From Octopus sinensis (Eukaryota): a DNA stretch of 64,000 nucleotides. Shown in pieces: positions 63,900-64,000 of the stretch; the stretch's first letter is position 1; every line of letters begins with the position of its first letter. The stretch spans positions 77,624,001 through 77,688,000 of the forward strand of contig NC_043006.1 in assembly GCF_006345805.1 (NCBI RefSeq), given 5' to 3'. The notes beneath the pieces were generated by a model. The model was not told where the DNA came from. It saw nothing but the letters and a program-made list of their open reading frames with translations, and made no database searches. A program made the translations under genes and the position numbers.

Positions 63900-64000
63900 T
63901 ATCTCTCTCTTACTCCCTGACTCGCTCTCGATCTTGCATAACCCTATGTTTTAGTACACGAATTTGAATGGCTAGATATATAGCAATAACTAATTATAAC

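Overview
AT-rich eukaryotic, repeat-dominated DNA that looks intronic or intergenic. The SINE families and dense (TA)n/(GATA)n/trinucleotide arrays resemble Octopus; this is an inference from remembered repeat consensus, not a database search. I found no intact protein-coding gene, rRNA, true tRNA or CRISPR array. Most ORFs in the track are translated microsatellites or decayed transposons. The recognisable elements are two decayed mariner (DD34D-type) transposases, two Tc1/mariner fragments resembling DD37D/maT, mariner MITEs, a Chapaev3-like transposon, a piggyBac remnant, the 3' end of a CR1/L2-group LINE, a Penelope-like (PLE) GIY-YIG fragment and more than 20 tRNA-derived SINE copies in about 4 families. 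A 100-N scaffold gap lies at 57736-57835. A few isolated exon-like segments with strong splice signals may belong to unidentified host genes (low confidence). The most notable signal is a set of short non-coding units embedded in (TA)n arrays. Three families, unrelated in sequence, carry type-I hammerhead ribozyme folds with short or palindromic helix III (46.3 kb; 46.8 and 52.3 kb; 62.9 kb) together with inverted partial duplications of their ends. They look like non-autonomous PLE- or retrozyme-like elements that target TA microsatellites and also seed long dsRNA hairpins. All folds were derived by eye and need computational and experimental confirmation.
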